DNA from: an uncultured Gemmatimonadales bacterium
GTDB lineage: Bacteria > Gemmatimonadota > Gemmatimonadetes > Gemmatimonadales > Gemmatimonadaceae
DNA length: 64,000 nt
Direction of reading: 5' to 3'
NCBI GenBank assembly: GCA_963851265.1
Contig: CAWKNZ010000002.1
Span: forward strand, 800,001 to 864,000
Shown: one piece after another, positions 1 through 10,322 of the stretch
Layout of the letters: each line of letters opens with the position of its first letter
How positions within the stretch are numbered: position 1 is the stretch's first letter
The notes under the pieces: model-generated
Told to the model about the DNA's origin: nothing
Database searches by the model: none
The model's input: the letters and a program-made list of their open reading frames with translations, nothing else
Position numbers and translations under genes: made by a program

Positions 1-302
1 ACCGCGCCCTCGCACGCGGCGAGCGACCGCGACACCTCGTACGTGAAGTCGACGTGCCCGGGCGTGTCGATCAGGTTCAGCTCGTACGTCTCGCCGTCCT
101 TCGCCGTGTAGCTCATCCGCACGGCGTTCAGCTTGATCGTGATCCCGCGCTCCCGCTCCAGATCGAGCGTGTCGAGCACCTGGGCTTTCATCTCACGCTT
201 CTGCAGCATGCCCGTGAACTCGATCAGCCGGTCGGCGAGCGTCGACTTGCCGTGGTCGATGTGGGCGACGATGCAGAAGTTGCGGATCCTGTCGAGCTGC
301 AA
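1..302 (-). CDS. lepA: Elongation factor 4 (LepA), N-terminal part; runs off the window start
   Basis: Hand translation of the minus strand from TTG at 302: (M)[27 protein letters not shown]...[18 protein letters not shown]...[26 protein letters not shown], which carries the LepA G-domain motifs. Absent from the ORF track because it is truncated. Confidence 0.95.
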   Translation of the reverse strand, partial: MQLDRIRNFCIVAHIDHGKSTLADRLIEFTGMLQKREMKAQVLDTLDLERERGITIKLNAVRMSYTAKDGETYELNLIDTPGHVDFTYEVSRSLAACEGA

Positions 303-588
303 CGGACGGGTCGGGAAGTGGGAAACGGCCGCACTCGGGGCGCGCACGGGCGACGACGTCGCCCCACCGCCTGGTGCCGCGATTGGGCGCGAGACGGGCC
401 GCGCACGACGGACGACACGTCTCCAACGGCGCCCGCCGCGCGCGGCCCGGGCCGCCACCACCGGACGCGCAAGTGACTGTCACAGCGAAATATAGCGGCC
501 CCGCGCCGAAGATCCCGGCGCGGGGCCCTCAGAACGCCGCGCCGTTCCGCGCTGCGCTCGACGGCGTGCGAACGACCCGACTACCCTC

Positions 589-2073
589 TCATTGCGGGCG
601 ACCGGTGCGCGCCCCGCCGCTCTGCGACGCCGAGCCCGCGCTCGGTGCGGCCACGCCCGTCGAACGACTCGGTCCCGACGACCCACTCGAGCCGCCGGAT
701 GCGCCGGAAGTGCCGGAGAACGCTGAGGGTCGCGCGACGCTCGCCGGCATGTGCGACGCCACGGGCGGACTGACCGCCGGGTGCGCGCCGCCGTAGGGCT
801 GTCGCCCATTCCACGCCGACCCGCCGGCCGGGGCCCGGACGATCGCGTGCGCCCACGGCTGTTCCCCCGCTCCCCGACGTTCGGTCGGATGCACGAACGA
901 AGGCAGGCGTTCGCCGAGCGTCACCCGCGGAGTGAATGCGGCCGCTTCCCCCGGGGTACGCCCGGCGTCGAGGGGCCGCCACGCGAGGCGGCCCGGAAGC
1001 TGCGCCGCGGCCGCCGCCGTTCCCGCGCGGGCGCTTCCGGCCGAACCGGTCGTCCCGACCACCTGCAGCGACCCGATGCTGTTAGGCGTCCGCGGGACGC
1101 GGAGGTCGGGTTTGGCCCGGATCGGACCGTTGCCGAGGACGACGCCGTACCCGATCGGGTAGCCGTACCCGTAGCCGAAGCCGTATCCGGGATAGCCGCC
1201 GTAGGGCCCCGTGCCGGGGTAGTACCCCCCGTTGTACGCGTACGAACCGTAGCTTCCGTAGCCGTACGCGTCGCCCGCGCACCCCCCGTAGAAGGCCTCG
1301 GGCGCGAGCGCCGCGCGGTACTGCGCCAGCGGGAGGAGCGCGTACGAACTCCAACTCAGCGCCGGCGAGTACAGCCAGTCGGGGTTGATGCTCAGCCGCT
1401 GGTCGGCCGGTGTGAACACCGCCCACAGCGCGCGATAGTAGCTGTAGTCGTGCACGTCCTCCACCGGACGCGCGCACGTTTCGACGAACGCCTGTTCGGC
1501 CACGCGGAGCGAGGGACCGACGTAGGCGTAGTCCGATCCGTACGCCGGCGCGTCAGGGAGCACCCACCGGGCGACTTCCGCGATCGTGCTGTCGGGGTTC
1601 CGCGCGCCCACGTTCATCACGTGCGACCAGTCGCTCCCGGTGCCGAACGACGACAGGTTGAGCGGCGTGTCGGAGGTGAGCACGAACACGAACGGCACGC
1701 GCGAGAAGTCGGTCGACGGCGAGAGGAACTCGCGGTCGAGGGACTGGAGCATCGGGGCGAGCACGTAGCTCGTGCCGGCCGCCGTCCGCAGCTTTTGGCG
1801 CGGCGACGCCGGCGTGATCACCCGTACGCGGCCACGTTGATCGACCTCGAACGCCGCCGTGTACGCGTCGCGCGTCGTCGAGTACGCGAGGAAGCCGGCC
1901 CCCACCCCGGTCGGGCTCCCGTCGGACGCGGAGAACGCGACGTCCGGCGCGGGCAGATCGGCTTCTTCCGGCCGCGGCGCCACACCGGCCGGCGGCATGA
2001 TGCACGCCGCGGCGAGCGAGACGAGCCCCGCAGCCGCGGCGCTGCGCAGTGTCCGATGGGCGACGTGATGCAT
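589..2073 (-). CDS. Putative lipoprotein with DUF4384-like domain and Gly/Tyr-rich low-complexity region
   Basis: Within ORF 589..2199; start chosen at ATG 2073. Lipobox LVSLAAAC; DAYTAAFEVDQRGRVRVITP resembles DUF4384; YGYG-rich tract. Confidence 0.6.
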   Translation of the reverse strand: MHHVAHRTLRSAAAAGLVSLAAACIMPPAGVAPRPEEADLPAPDVAFSASDGSPTGVGAGFLAYSTTRDAYTAAFEVDQRGRVRVITPASPRQKLRTAAGTSYVLAPMLQSLDREFLSPSTDFSRVPFVFVLTSDTPLNLSSFGTGSDWSHVMNVGARNPDSTIAEVARWVLPDAPAYGSDYAYVGPSLRVAEQAFVETCARPVEDVHDYSYYRALWAVFTPADQRLSINPDWLYSPALSWSSYALLPLAQYRAALAPEAFYGGCAGDAYGYGSYGSYAYNGGYYPGTGPYGGYPGYGFGYGYGYPIGYGVVLGNGPIRAKPDLRVPRTPNSIGSLQVVGTTGSAGSARAGTAAAAAQLPGRLAWRPLDAGRTPGEAAAFTPRVTLGERLPSFVHPTERRGAGEQPWAHAIVRAPAGGSAWNGRQPYGGAHPAVSPPVASHMPASVARPSAFSGTSGASGGSSGSSGPSRSTGVAAPSAGSASQSGGARTGRPQ

Positions 2074-2286
2074 GACGGCGGCCCTCAAAGCGGATGGTGA
2101 ACCCGCCGCGCGCCGGCGACCGGCGAACGCGGCAGTGCGTGAACTTACGTCCCGTGATGAAACCCCGCACAGCCAGCGATGGTTGCCACGGGTGCCCACG
2201 ACGCGTGCAACTCTCGGGCGCGGCGCCAGCAGGGCGCGTCGCGGCCCGCTGACGCCGCGCCCGACTCACAGTTACGCATTCGCCCG

Positions 2287-3291
2287 ATGCCGACGCTCCG
2301 CGCCGATCTCGCCGACCCCACTACGCTCGCAGCCCTCGGGGACCTCGAGATCGTCGCGCGTTGGGTCGTCGACGGATTCCTGACCGGCCTTCACCGGTCG
2401 CCCCGCCGCGGATTCTCGGCCGAATTCGCCGAGCACCGCGCCTACCAGCCGGGCGATGACCTGCGCTACCTCGACTGGCGCATCGCCGCGCGCGCCGACC
2501 GCTGGGTGGTGAAGCAGTTTGAAGAGGAGACGAACCTGCGCGCCGCGCTCGTCCTCGACGTCAGCCGGTCGATGCACTGGTCGGGCGCGGTCGCCCCGCG
2601 CGCGGGCCGCCCCGCCCGCATCACGAAGCTGGCCTACGCCCAGCGCCTCTGTGCCGCGCTCTCGCTCCTGCTCCTGCGCCAACGCGACGCAGTCGGTGCC
2701 GTGCTCGTCGACGACGCCGTGCGGGCCGCCGTGCCCCCGCGCGCGCACCGCGACCAGTGGCGGCGCGTCCTCACCGCACTCGCCTCCGCCGACGCACTGC
2801 CACCGCGAGCAGGCGGACTCGGAATCCCGGAACGCGCGAATCGCGGCGATCGGACGGGTGCCGCGCGCGTGCCGTCGGTCGGCTCCGCGCCCGCGCTCGG
2901 CATCGCCCACGCAACGCGCCTCGTCCCCCGGGCGGGCTTGGTCGTGCTCGTCTCCGACCTGCTCGTCGACGTCGACCCGGTGCGCGACGCCCTGGCCGCC
3001 GCCCGCGCCGCGGGCCACGACGTCGCCGTGATCCAGGTGCTCGACCCGACCGAGCGCGACTTCGACCTCGCGGTCACGGACGGGCGTTTCGAGGATCCCG
3101 AAACGGGCCAGGCCGTGAGCGCGAGCGTCGCGGCCGTCCGCGCCGACTACGCGCGCGCGATGGCCGACGCCCTCGCGACGTGGCGGGACGTCTGCCGCCA
3201 GCTCGGCGCGCGCTACGCCCTCGCCACGACGGACGGGCCGTTCGGTCCCCCCTTGCGCGCCGCGTTCGCCGCGCGCGAAGCGCTCGCGTGA
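2287..3291 (+). CDS. DUF58 / vWA-like protein (typical MoxR partner)
   Basis: Motifs GLHRSPRRGFSAEFAEHRAYQPGDDLRYLDW, VKQFEEETN, LDVSRSM and VLVSD; ATG at 2287. Confidence 0.9.
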   Translation: MPTLRADLADPTTLAALGDLEIVARWVVDGFLTGLHRSPRRGFSAEFAEHRAYQPGDDLRYLDWRIAARADRWVVKQFEEETNLRAALVLDVSRSMHWSGAVAPRAGRPARITKLAYAQRLCAALSLLLLRQRDAVGAVLVDDAVRAAVPPRAHRDQWRRVLTALASADALPPRAGGLGIPERANRGDRTGAARVPSVGSAPALGIAHATRLVPRAGLVVLVSDLLVDVDPVRDALAAARAAGHDVAVIQVLDPTERDFDLAVTDGRFEDPETGQAVSASVAAVRADYARAMADALATWRDVCRQLGARYALATTDGPFGPPLRAAFAAREALA

Positions 3292-3407
3292 TGCCGCGCC
3301 GCGGACCCGCGCCCGGCTCGCGCCCGACACCGCGCCGCTGACGCCGAAGGGCTGACGCCGTCGGGCTGACGCCCACGTCACCCCTCGCGCCCTCGCGCCC
3401 TCGACCG

Positions 3408-5273
3408 ATGCAATTCCTCGCACCACTCTGGCTCGCCCTCGGCGCGGCGACCGCCGTTCCGCTCCTGCTTCACCTCTGGAATCGGCGGCGCGCCGGCGAG
3501 CGCGTGCTCTTTCCGGCTGTGCGCCTGCTCGCGGCCGCCACCGAGGCGCGCGGTGCGGCCGTCCGGATCCGCGACTGGCTCCTGCTCGCGCTCCGCGTGC
3601 TCGCGGTCGTGCTCATCGCCGTCGCCGCGGCCCAACCGTCCGTTCGCGGTCGCGTCGGCACGCGCGCGCCGAGCTCCGTGGCGCTCGTGCTCGACAACTC
3701 GCTCAGCACGAGCGTAGTCGTCGGCGGCCGCCCCGTGCTCGACGCACTGCGCTCTGAACTTCGCGCCGCGCTCGCCGCGCTCGCGCCCCTCGACCACGCA
3801 TGGCTCCTCACCGCGGACGGCACGGTGGTCGCCGGCGACGCCGCGACGGTGCGCGCCGCACTAGCCGCCGTCCGTCCGCTCGCCGGGGCCGGCGACGTGC
3901 CCGGCGCGCTCCGCCGCGCGGCGGCCCTCGTCGTCGGTGCCGCCCGGTCAACGCCCGGTGACGCCGGCAGTGTGGGCGCCGTCGTGCTCGCCACCGACGC
4001 TCAGGCCACCACGTGGACGCGACCGGTCACGCTCGCCGGCGTTCGCGTCGGGATCGTGCGCGCGCGCGGTGACGCCCCTGCCGATCGCGGAGTGACGGCC
4101 GTCGCCGCCGAGCCCGCGCGCTGGAGCCCGGACGGCGCGATCACGGGCCGCCTCACCGGTGCCGGCGACTGGACGGTCGTCCTCCGCGATAGCGCCGGCG
4201 CGATCGCGGCCACGTCGCGGGGCACCGCCGCGCCCGCCGACAGCTTCGCCGTACGCGTCGCACTGCGCCCCGCCGCCCGCGGCTGGCTCGCCGGCACGCT
4301 CGCCGTGGCACCCGACGAGCTGCGCGGGGACGACGCGCGTCACCTCGCGGTGTTCGTCGGCGCGGCACCACGCCTCGTCGCGGACCCGTCCGCGGGCGCG
4401 TTTGCCGCGGTCGGCGTCGCGACCCTCGTCGAAGGACGTGCCGTGAGCCCGCCCGACGCCGACGCGCCGCGCGTGACCGAGCCCGATGCCGCGACCCGTC
4501 TCCCTGCGGTGCTCGTCGCGCCGTCGGACCCGGCCCGGCTGGCCGTCGCGAACCGCGCCCTCGACCGGCTCGGCGTTCCGTGGCGCTTCGCCGCACGCGT
4601 CGACGTACCCACCACAGCGACGTTCCGCACCGGGACGCCCGTGCCGGTGGTCCGCCGGTGGCACTTGGACGCGCGCGCCGGTCGTGTCGCGCGCGCGGCG
4701 GATACCGTCGCGCTCGCCGGTGGTGAACCGTGGATCGTCGCCGGCGATCGGTACGTCCTGCTCGCCTCGCCGCTCGACACCGCCTGGACGCCGTTCCCGG
4801 CCCGCGCCGCGTTCCTCCCGTGGCTGGCCGGCTCGGCGGCGCGGCTCGCCGATCCGGCCGGGGTCGCCACCCGGCCACTCGCGGCCGCGCCCGGCGCGCC
4901 GATCGTCCCGCCCGCTGGCGCCGACGCGCTGCTCGGCCCCGACGGCCCGCACCCCGTTCGCGACGCGCGCGTCACCGCTCCAGATCAACCGGGCGTTTAC
5001 TTTTGGCTCCGAGCGGGTGCCCGCGTGGGCGCACTCGTCGTCGACCCGGAAGCTGAGGAAGTCGTGCTGGCGCGGTTGGATGCAAAGGGGATGGGCGAGC
5101 GTGTTCGCGTGGGGGCGGGCGGGGCGGTGGACGTGGGAACCGACGGCGCCGACGCCGCGGCGTTCGCGTTAGGCACGGGCGGCCGCCGTTCGCTCGGCGC
5201 GCTGCTCGCGGCCGGCGCCGTGCTGCTCCTCGCCGGCGAGGCGCTGGCCGCGCGCTCGCGCGCCTCGGCCTGA
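3408..5273 (+). CDS. BatA-type N-terminal double-TM / vWA domain membrane protein
   Basis: MQFLAPLWL...PLLLHLW...FPAVRLL...LLLALRVLA is a BatA-type N-terminus; VLDNSLS is MIDAS-like; C-terminal TM helix. Confidence 0.8.
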   Translation: MQFLAPLWLALGAATAVPLLLHLWNRRRAGERVLFPAVRLLAAATEARGAAVRIRDWLLLALRVLAVVLIAVAAAQPSVRGRVGTRAPSSVALVLDNSLSTSVVVGGRPVLDALRSELRAALAALAPLDHAWLLTADGTVVAGDAATVRAALAAVRPLAGAGDVPGALRRAAALVVGAARSTPGDAGSVGAVVLATDAQATTWTRPVTLAGVRVGIVRARGDAPADRGVTAVAAEPARWSPDGAITGRLTGAGDWTVVLRDSAGAIAATSRGTAAPADSFAVRVALRPAARGWLAGTLAVAPDELRGDDARHLAVFVGAAPRLVADPSAGAFAAVGVATLVEGRAVSPPDADAPRVTEPDAATRLPAVLVAPSDPARLAVANRALDRLGVPWRFAARVDVPTTATFRTGTPVPVVRRWHLDARAGRVARAADTVALAGGEPWIVAGDRYVLLASPLDTAWTPFPARAAFLPWLAGSAARLADPAGVATRPLAAAPGAPIVPPAGADALLGPDGPHPVRDARVTAPDQPGVYFWLRAGARVGALVVDPEAEEVVLARLDAKGMGERVRVGAGGAVDVGTDGADAAAFALGTGGRRSLGALLAAGAVLLLAGEALAARSRASA

Positions 5274-5289
5274 CCGGACGCGCACGCGC

Positions 5290-8200
5290 ATGGCCCTTCC
5301 CACCCTGCTCGAGGCGATCGAGCGACTCCCAGCGTTCACGCGACTCGTCCAGACGCTGCCCGGCCCGCGCGGGCGCGTGTCCATCGGCGGGCTCCATGGG
5401 TCGAGCGACGCGGTCCTCCTGGCCGCCCTCGTACGGCGCTACCCGCAGCGGCTGTTCGTCCTGCTTGCCCCGACCGTCCCCGACGCCGAGCGCTGGTTGG
5501 CGGACCTCGACGCCGTCGGCGGCGGGTTGAAGACGGCGCTCTACCCGCACCGCGAGTCGTTCGGCGAGGTCGAGGCGCACACGGAGGTCGCCGGCGAACG
5601 CGTGGAGACCCTGGAGCGCCTCACGCGCGGCGACGTGCAGCTCCTGCTCACGACGCCGCGCGCGGTGCTCGAGCGCACGCAGCTGCCGCGCGCGCTGCAG
5701 GAGGCCCGGCTCGAGTTGCGCCGCGGCGACGTGTGGCGCCCCGAGGATCTCGCCGCCCATCTCGCCCGGGTCGGCTTCGAGCGCGTCCCGCTCGTCGACG
5801 ACGTCGGCCAGTACTCGGTCCGCGGCGGCATCTTCGACATCTACGGCTTCGGCATGGCCGAGCCGGTCCGGCTGGAGTTCTGGGGCGACGAGATCTCGGA
5901 GCTGCGTCACTTCGACCTCTTCTCGCAGCGGTCGACCCGCGCGGCCGAAGTCGCGGTCGTTCTGCCCGTCGACGGACGCGCGCATGGCGTCGGCGCCGGC
6001 GAGCGCGGCGCGACGGACGGCGCGTCGGGACCCGACGCGTTCGAGCGCGTCACGCTCGCCGAACTGTGGACCCCCGACGCGGTGCTCTTCCTCCCCGACG
6101 GGCTCGACGTCGGCCTCGAGCTGCGCCGCACCTGGGACGAGGCGCAGCACCACCTCGACCTCGCGCGCCGCCGTGGCGAGGACGTCCCGAAGCGCGAAAC
6201 GCTCTACCTCGACCCGGCCGACGCCGCGCGCCGCCTCGCGGCGTTCGGCGCCGTCGCCGAAGTTGCGCCCGCCGGCGACGGGGTCGCGCCCGCCGACGTC
6301 GGCTTCCCGACACGCGCCCCCGAGCGCATCGACCGCGACATCCGCGCGCTGCGCCGGCTCGTGCGCGACGGGCTGCCCACCATCATCCTCTGCGACAATC
6401 AGGGGCAGGCCGAGCGGCTCGACGAGCTGCTCAACGAGGACGAGCGCCAGCCCTCGCCCGCGGGCCTCGTCATCGGCGTGTTGGGCGGCGGCTTCGTCAT
6501 CCCGTCGGCGCTCCGCGTCCTCACCGACCACGAGATCTTCCGCCGCGACCGGCGCATCCGCCGGGCGCGCAAGTACAGCGCGGGCACCGCGCTCGACGCG
6601 GCGAGCGCGCTCAAGCCGGGCGACTTCGTCGTGCATCTCGAGCACGGCGTCGGCGTGTACCGCGGCATCGAGACCAAGTTCGTCGGCACCGGCACGATCG
6701 AGGTGGCCGTCATCGAGTACGAGGGTGGAGACAAGCTCAACGTCCCGCTCTACCGCCTCGACCAGGTCGAGCGCTACCGCGCGGCGGGCGAGGGCGACGC
6801 GGACGCGCCCCCACCGCGCCTCCACCGGTTAGGCGGAAAACGCTGGTCGCAGCAGCGCGACAAGACGCGCGCCGCGATCCAGGAGATGACGGTCGAGCTT
6901 CTCGACCTCTACGCGCGCCGCAAGGTCGCCGGCCGCCCCGCCCACGCGCCCGACGGCGCCTGGCAACGCCAGCTTGAGTCGAGCTTCCTCTTCGAGGACA
7001 CGCCCGACCAGCGCCGCGCGACGGTCGACATCAAGCAGGACATGGAGGGCCCGCGCCCGATGGATCGCCTGCTCGTCGGCGACGTCGGGTACGGCAAGAC
7101 CGAGATCGCCGTGCGCGCCGCGTTCAAGGCCGTGCAGACCGGGCGCCAGGTGGCCGTCCTCGTCCCGACCACCATCCTCGCCGACCAGCACTACCGCACC
7201 TTTTCCGAGCGTTTCGCCGACTTCCCGATCCGCGTCGAGGTCCTCTCGCGGTTCCAGAGCGCGAAGGAGCACGCGGCCACGTTGTCGGCGCTCGCCGAGA
7301 AGAAGGTCGACGTGATCATCGGCACGCACCGGCTGCTCTCGCCCGACGTCGTGTTCCGCGACCTCGGCCTGATCGTCGTCGACGAGGAGCACCGCTTCGG
7401 AGTCAAGCACAAGGAGCGCCTCAAGCAGCTCCGCCTCGAGACCGACGTCCTGACGCTCACGGCCACGCCGATCCCGCGCACGCTGCACCAGTCGCTCGCG
7501 GGGCTGCGCGACATGACGCTCATGCAGACTCCGCCGCGCGACCGCTCGCCCGTGCTCACGTTCGTCGAGCCGAGCATGGACGACGGGTTGATCGAGGAAG
7601 GGATCGCGCGCGAGCTCGACCGCGGCGGGCAGGTCTTCTTCGTCCACAACCGCGTCGAGACCATCGAGGCCGTCGCCGATCACATCCGCCGAGTCGTGCC
7701 TCGCGCGCGCGTCGCGGTCGGGCACGGGCAGATGAAAGAGCGCGAGCTCGAGGACGTGATGCGCCGCTTCGTCGCGGGCGAGATCGACGTGCTCGTCTCG
7801 ACGCTGATCGTCGAGACCGGGCTCGACGTGCCGAACGCGAACACGATGTTCGTGAACAACGCCCACCACTTCGGCCTCGCCCAGCTGTACCAGCTGCGCG
7901 GGCGCGTGGGCCGCTCGCACCGCCGCGCGTACTGCTACCTCATGGTGCCCGACGGCATCGACGAGGACGCCGAGCGACGCCTTTCCGTGCTCGAGCACCA
8001 CACCGAGCTCGGCGCCGGGTACCGCGTCGCCCTCAAGGACATGGAGCTGCGCGGCGCGGGCAACCTCCTCGGCCCCGAGCAGAGCGGCTTCGTGCACGCG
8101 GTCGGCTTCGACATGTACCTGCGCATGCTCGACGAGACGGTGCGCCGCCTGGCCAACGGCGACGCGCCGCCCAAGCCCACGCCGTCGGACGTCTCGCTCG

Positions 8201-8718
8201 ACCAGCCGGCCTTCCTGCCCGACGACTACGTCGCGAGTGGCGAGGCCAAGCTCGACCTCTACCGCCGCCTCGGGGGAGCCGCCGCACCCGAGGAAATCGA
8301 CGCGATCCGCGACGAGATGCGCGACCGCTTCGGCCCACTTCCGCCCGCCGCCGACGCGTACGTCGCGGTCGCGTACTTGCGCGTGATCGGCGGCGCGCTC
8401 GCCATCGAAGGCGTGCTCGTGCGCGGCGCCGAGGCGCGTATTACCTTCCGAGATTCCGCCGTCCCGCGCATGAAATCGCTCGGTGCGGCGTTCCACGGCG
8501 TTCAGTTCCAGACCGAAGTGAAGCGCGCGCAACCCCTCGCCCTCAAGCTGACGCGAGCGGGAAGCGAAGCGATCCTCTCCGGTCTCGTTCGCGCGCTACG
8601 CAGCCAGCTCCCGTCGACGTCCACCGCGACGCCGGCGGCCACCGCTGGTGACCGCACGTCCGGTGCCCGCGCCGCGAGCACTCCTCCCGCTACCGCTTCG
8701 TCTTCCGCTCCCCGATGA
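5290..8718 (+). CDS. mfd: Transcription-repair coupling factor Mfd
   Basis: 1142 aa; RGGIFDIY, GDFVVHLEHGVG (RID), MDRLLVGDVGYGKTE, DEEHRFG, TATPIPRT, QLRGRVGRS, DMELRGAGNLLG. Confidence 0.97.
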   Translation: MALPTLLEAIERLPAFTRLVQTLPGPRGRVSIGGLHGSSDAVLLAALVRRYPQRLFVLLAPTVPDAERWLADLDAVGGGLKTALYPHRESFGEVEAHTEVAGERVETLERLTRGDVQLLLTTPRAVLERTQLPRALQEARLELRRGDVWRPEDLAAHLARVGFERVPLVDDVGQYSVRGGIFDIYGFGMAEPVRLEFWGDEISELRHFDLFSQRSTRAAEVAVVLPVDGRAHGVGAGERGATDGASGPDAFERVTLAELWTPDAVLFLPDGLDVGLELRRTWDEAQHHLDLARRRGEDVPKRETLYLDPADAARRLAAFGAVAEVAPAGDGVAPADVGFPTRAPERIDRDIRALRRLVRDGLPTIILCDNQGQAERLDELLNEDERQPSPAGLVIGVLGGGFVIPSALRVLTDHEIFRRDRRIRRARKYSAGTALDAASALKPGDFVVHLEHGVGVYRGIETKFVGTGTIEVAVIEYEGGDKLNVPLYRLDQVERYRAAGEGDADAPPPRLHRLGGKRWSQQRDKTRAAIQEMTVELLDLYARRKVAGRPAHAPDGAWQRQLESSFLFEDTPDQRRATVDIKQDMEGPRPMDRLLVGDVGYGKTEIAVRAAFKAVQTGRQVAVLVPTTILADQHYRTFSERFADFPIRVEVLSRFQSAKEHAATLSALAEKKVDVIIGTHRLLSPDVVFRDLGLIVVDEEHRFGVKHKERLKQLRLETDVLTLTATPIPRTLHQSLAGLRDMTLMQTPPRDRSPVLTFVEPSMDDGLIEEGIARELDRGGQVFFVHNRVETIEAVADHIRRVVPRARVAVGHGQMKERELEDVMRRFVAGEIDVLVSTLIVETGLDVPNANTMFVNNAHHFGLAQLYQLRGRVGRSHRRAYCYLMVPDGIDEDAERRLSVLEHHTELGAGYRVALKDMELRGAGNLLGPEQSGFVHAVGFDMYLRMLDETVRRLANGDAPPKPTPSDVSLDQPAFLPDDYVASGEAKLDLYRRLGGAAAPEEIDAIRDEMRDRFGPLPPAADAYVAVAYLRVIGGALAIEGVLVRGAEARITFRDSAVPRMKSLGAAFHGVQFQTEVKRAQPLALKLTRAGSEAILSGLVRALRSQLPSTSTATPAATAGDRTSGARAASTPPATASSSAPR

Positions 8719-10241
8719 CCCGCCTGCGTTCCCTCGCCCTCGCCCTCGTCGCCTCCGCGTCGGCACTCGCCGCGTGCGGCGGCCTCAAGGACGCGATGTC
8801 GGCACACACCGACACCGTCGCCAAGGCCGGCTCGCAGGAGCTCTCGGTCGAACGGCTGGCAACCCTCGTCGGCCGCTCGCAGATCCCGCTCCAGGCGCCG
8901 ATCGTCAAGAACCTGGCCGGCCTCTGGGTCGACTACCAGCTGCTCGGCCAGGCCGCCGCACGCAACGACTCGCTCTCCGATCAGAAGACGATCGACGACG
9001 CGCTCTGGGCGGTCATCGCGCAGGAACGCCTTCGCAAGCTCGGTGAGCGCCTCGTCGCCCGCGGCGGGGCCGACACGAGCAACGGCGCCCAGCGCTACGC
9101 GGCCGGCGACCTGCTCTCGGCCAAGCACATCCTCGTTCCGTTCGGTCCGCGCCCGGGCACGCCGCCGACGCCCGCAGCGCGCGACGCCGCGCGCCGTAAG
9201 GCCGAGGCCCTGCGCGCGCAGGTCACCCCCGCCAACTTCTCCGACCTCGCGCGCCAGAACCCGGGCGATCCGCAGTCGGCCCAGCAGGGCGGCCTCCTCG
9301 GCGTGTTCCCGAAGGGCGCGATGGTCGCGCCGTTCGAGCGCGCCCTCGTCGCCCTCAAGCCCGGCGAGATCGCGCCCGGCATCGTCGAGACGCCCTTCGG
9401 CTACCACATCATCTACCGCCCGACGTACGCCGAGGTGAGCCAGCAGTTCAGTCAGGCGCTCGGCGCGCGCACGCGCCAGGTCGCCGAAAGCACCTACCTC
9501 TCCAGCGTCGACCAGTCCGCCAAGATCGAGGTCAAGGGCGACGCCCCGCTCTGGACCAAGTCCGCCGCGTCGGACGTGTCGTCGCACCTCAAGGATTCGA
9601 AGGTCATCGCCACCTCGAGCGCCGGTGACCTCACGGTCGGGCGCGTCGCCCAGTGGATGTCCGCGCTTCCCACGGGCCCGCAGCTCCGCCAGCAGATCGC
9701 GCAGGCGCCCGACTCGCTCATCAAGCTGTTCGTCCGTCAGGTCGCCCGGCAGGAAGTCCTGCTGAAAAAGGCCGACAGTGCGAAGATCACGCTCGACAGC
9801 AACGAAGTCGTCAACCTGCGCCGCGCCTACATCGGTGCGATTGGCAACATCTGGAACGGGCTCGGCGTGTCGCCGACGCAGCTCGCCGACAGCGCGAAGA
9901 CGGAAGCCGACCGTCAGCGCCTCGCGGCGGCGCGCGTCGACAGCTACCTCGACCGTCTCGTGCAGCAGCGCGCGCAGTTCGTCGAGATCCCGACGCCCAT
10001 CGAAGCCGGCGTCCGCGCGAAGGGCGACTTCTCGATCAACGACGGTGCGATCAACGCCGCCCTCGAGCGTGCCGCGCGCGTCCGGACATCGGCCGACTCC
10101 GCGCGTGCGGCGTCGCAGCCGCCGACCGCCGTTCCGATCCCCGGTCAGACCCCGCCCGCTCGCGGCGCGCCGGCGCAGCCCGGCGCGGGTGCGGCCGGCG
10201 GCGCCGCGGGTGGCGCGCCCGCGGCTCCAGCGCAGCCGTAA
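8715..10241 (+). CDS. Parvulin-type peptidyl-prolyl isomerase lipoprotein
   Basis: Lipobox ALAAC; AKHILV, GGLLG, MVAPFE, ETPFGYHII rotamase motifs; 4-nt overlap with the mfd stop. Confidence 0.85.
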   Translation: MTRLRSLALALVASASALAACGGLKDAMSAHTDTVAKAGSQELSVERLATLVGRSQIPLQAPIVKNLAGLWVDYQLLGQAAARNDSLSDQKTIDDALWAVIAQERLRKLGERLVARGGADTSNGAQRYAAGDLLSAKHILVPFGPRPGTPPTPAARDAARRKAEALRAQVTPANFSDLARQNPGDPQSAQQGGLLGVFPKGAMVAPFERALVALKPGEIAPGIVETPFGYHIIYRPTYAEVSQQFSQALGARTRQVAESTYLSSVDQSAKIEVKGDAPLWTKSAASDVSSHLKDSKVIATSSAGDLTVGRVAQWMSALPTGPQLRQQIAQAPDSLIKLFVRQVARQEVLLKKADSAKITLDSNEVVNLRRAYIGAIGNIWNGLGVSPTQLADSAKTEADRQRLAAARVDSYLDRLVQQRAQFVEIPTPIEAGVRAKGDFSINDGAINAALERAARVRTSADSARAASQPPTAVPIPGQTPPARGAPAQPGAGAAGGAAGGAPAAPAQP

Positions 10242-10275
10242 GCTCCCCCCTCGACGTCTTCCTTCCCACCCTTCG

Positions 10276-10309
10276 CGGCGGCGGAGCGCGAACCCGCGCT
10301 CCGCCGCCG
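10276..10309. terminator. 15-bp GC hairpin between the two PPIase genes (terminator or mRNA-stabilising stem)
   Basis: CGGCGGCGGAGCGCG-AACC-CGCGCTCCGCCGCCG; no U-tract, so function is uncertain. Confidence 0.4.
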
Positions 10310-10322
10310 TGTAGCATCTGCC

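Noticed and set aside
2287..5273. DUF58 + BatA/vWA pair without a MoxR ATPase as a novel system
   Set aside because: Common module; the MoxR gene is often encoded elsewhere, and nothing else here is distinctive.
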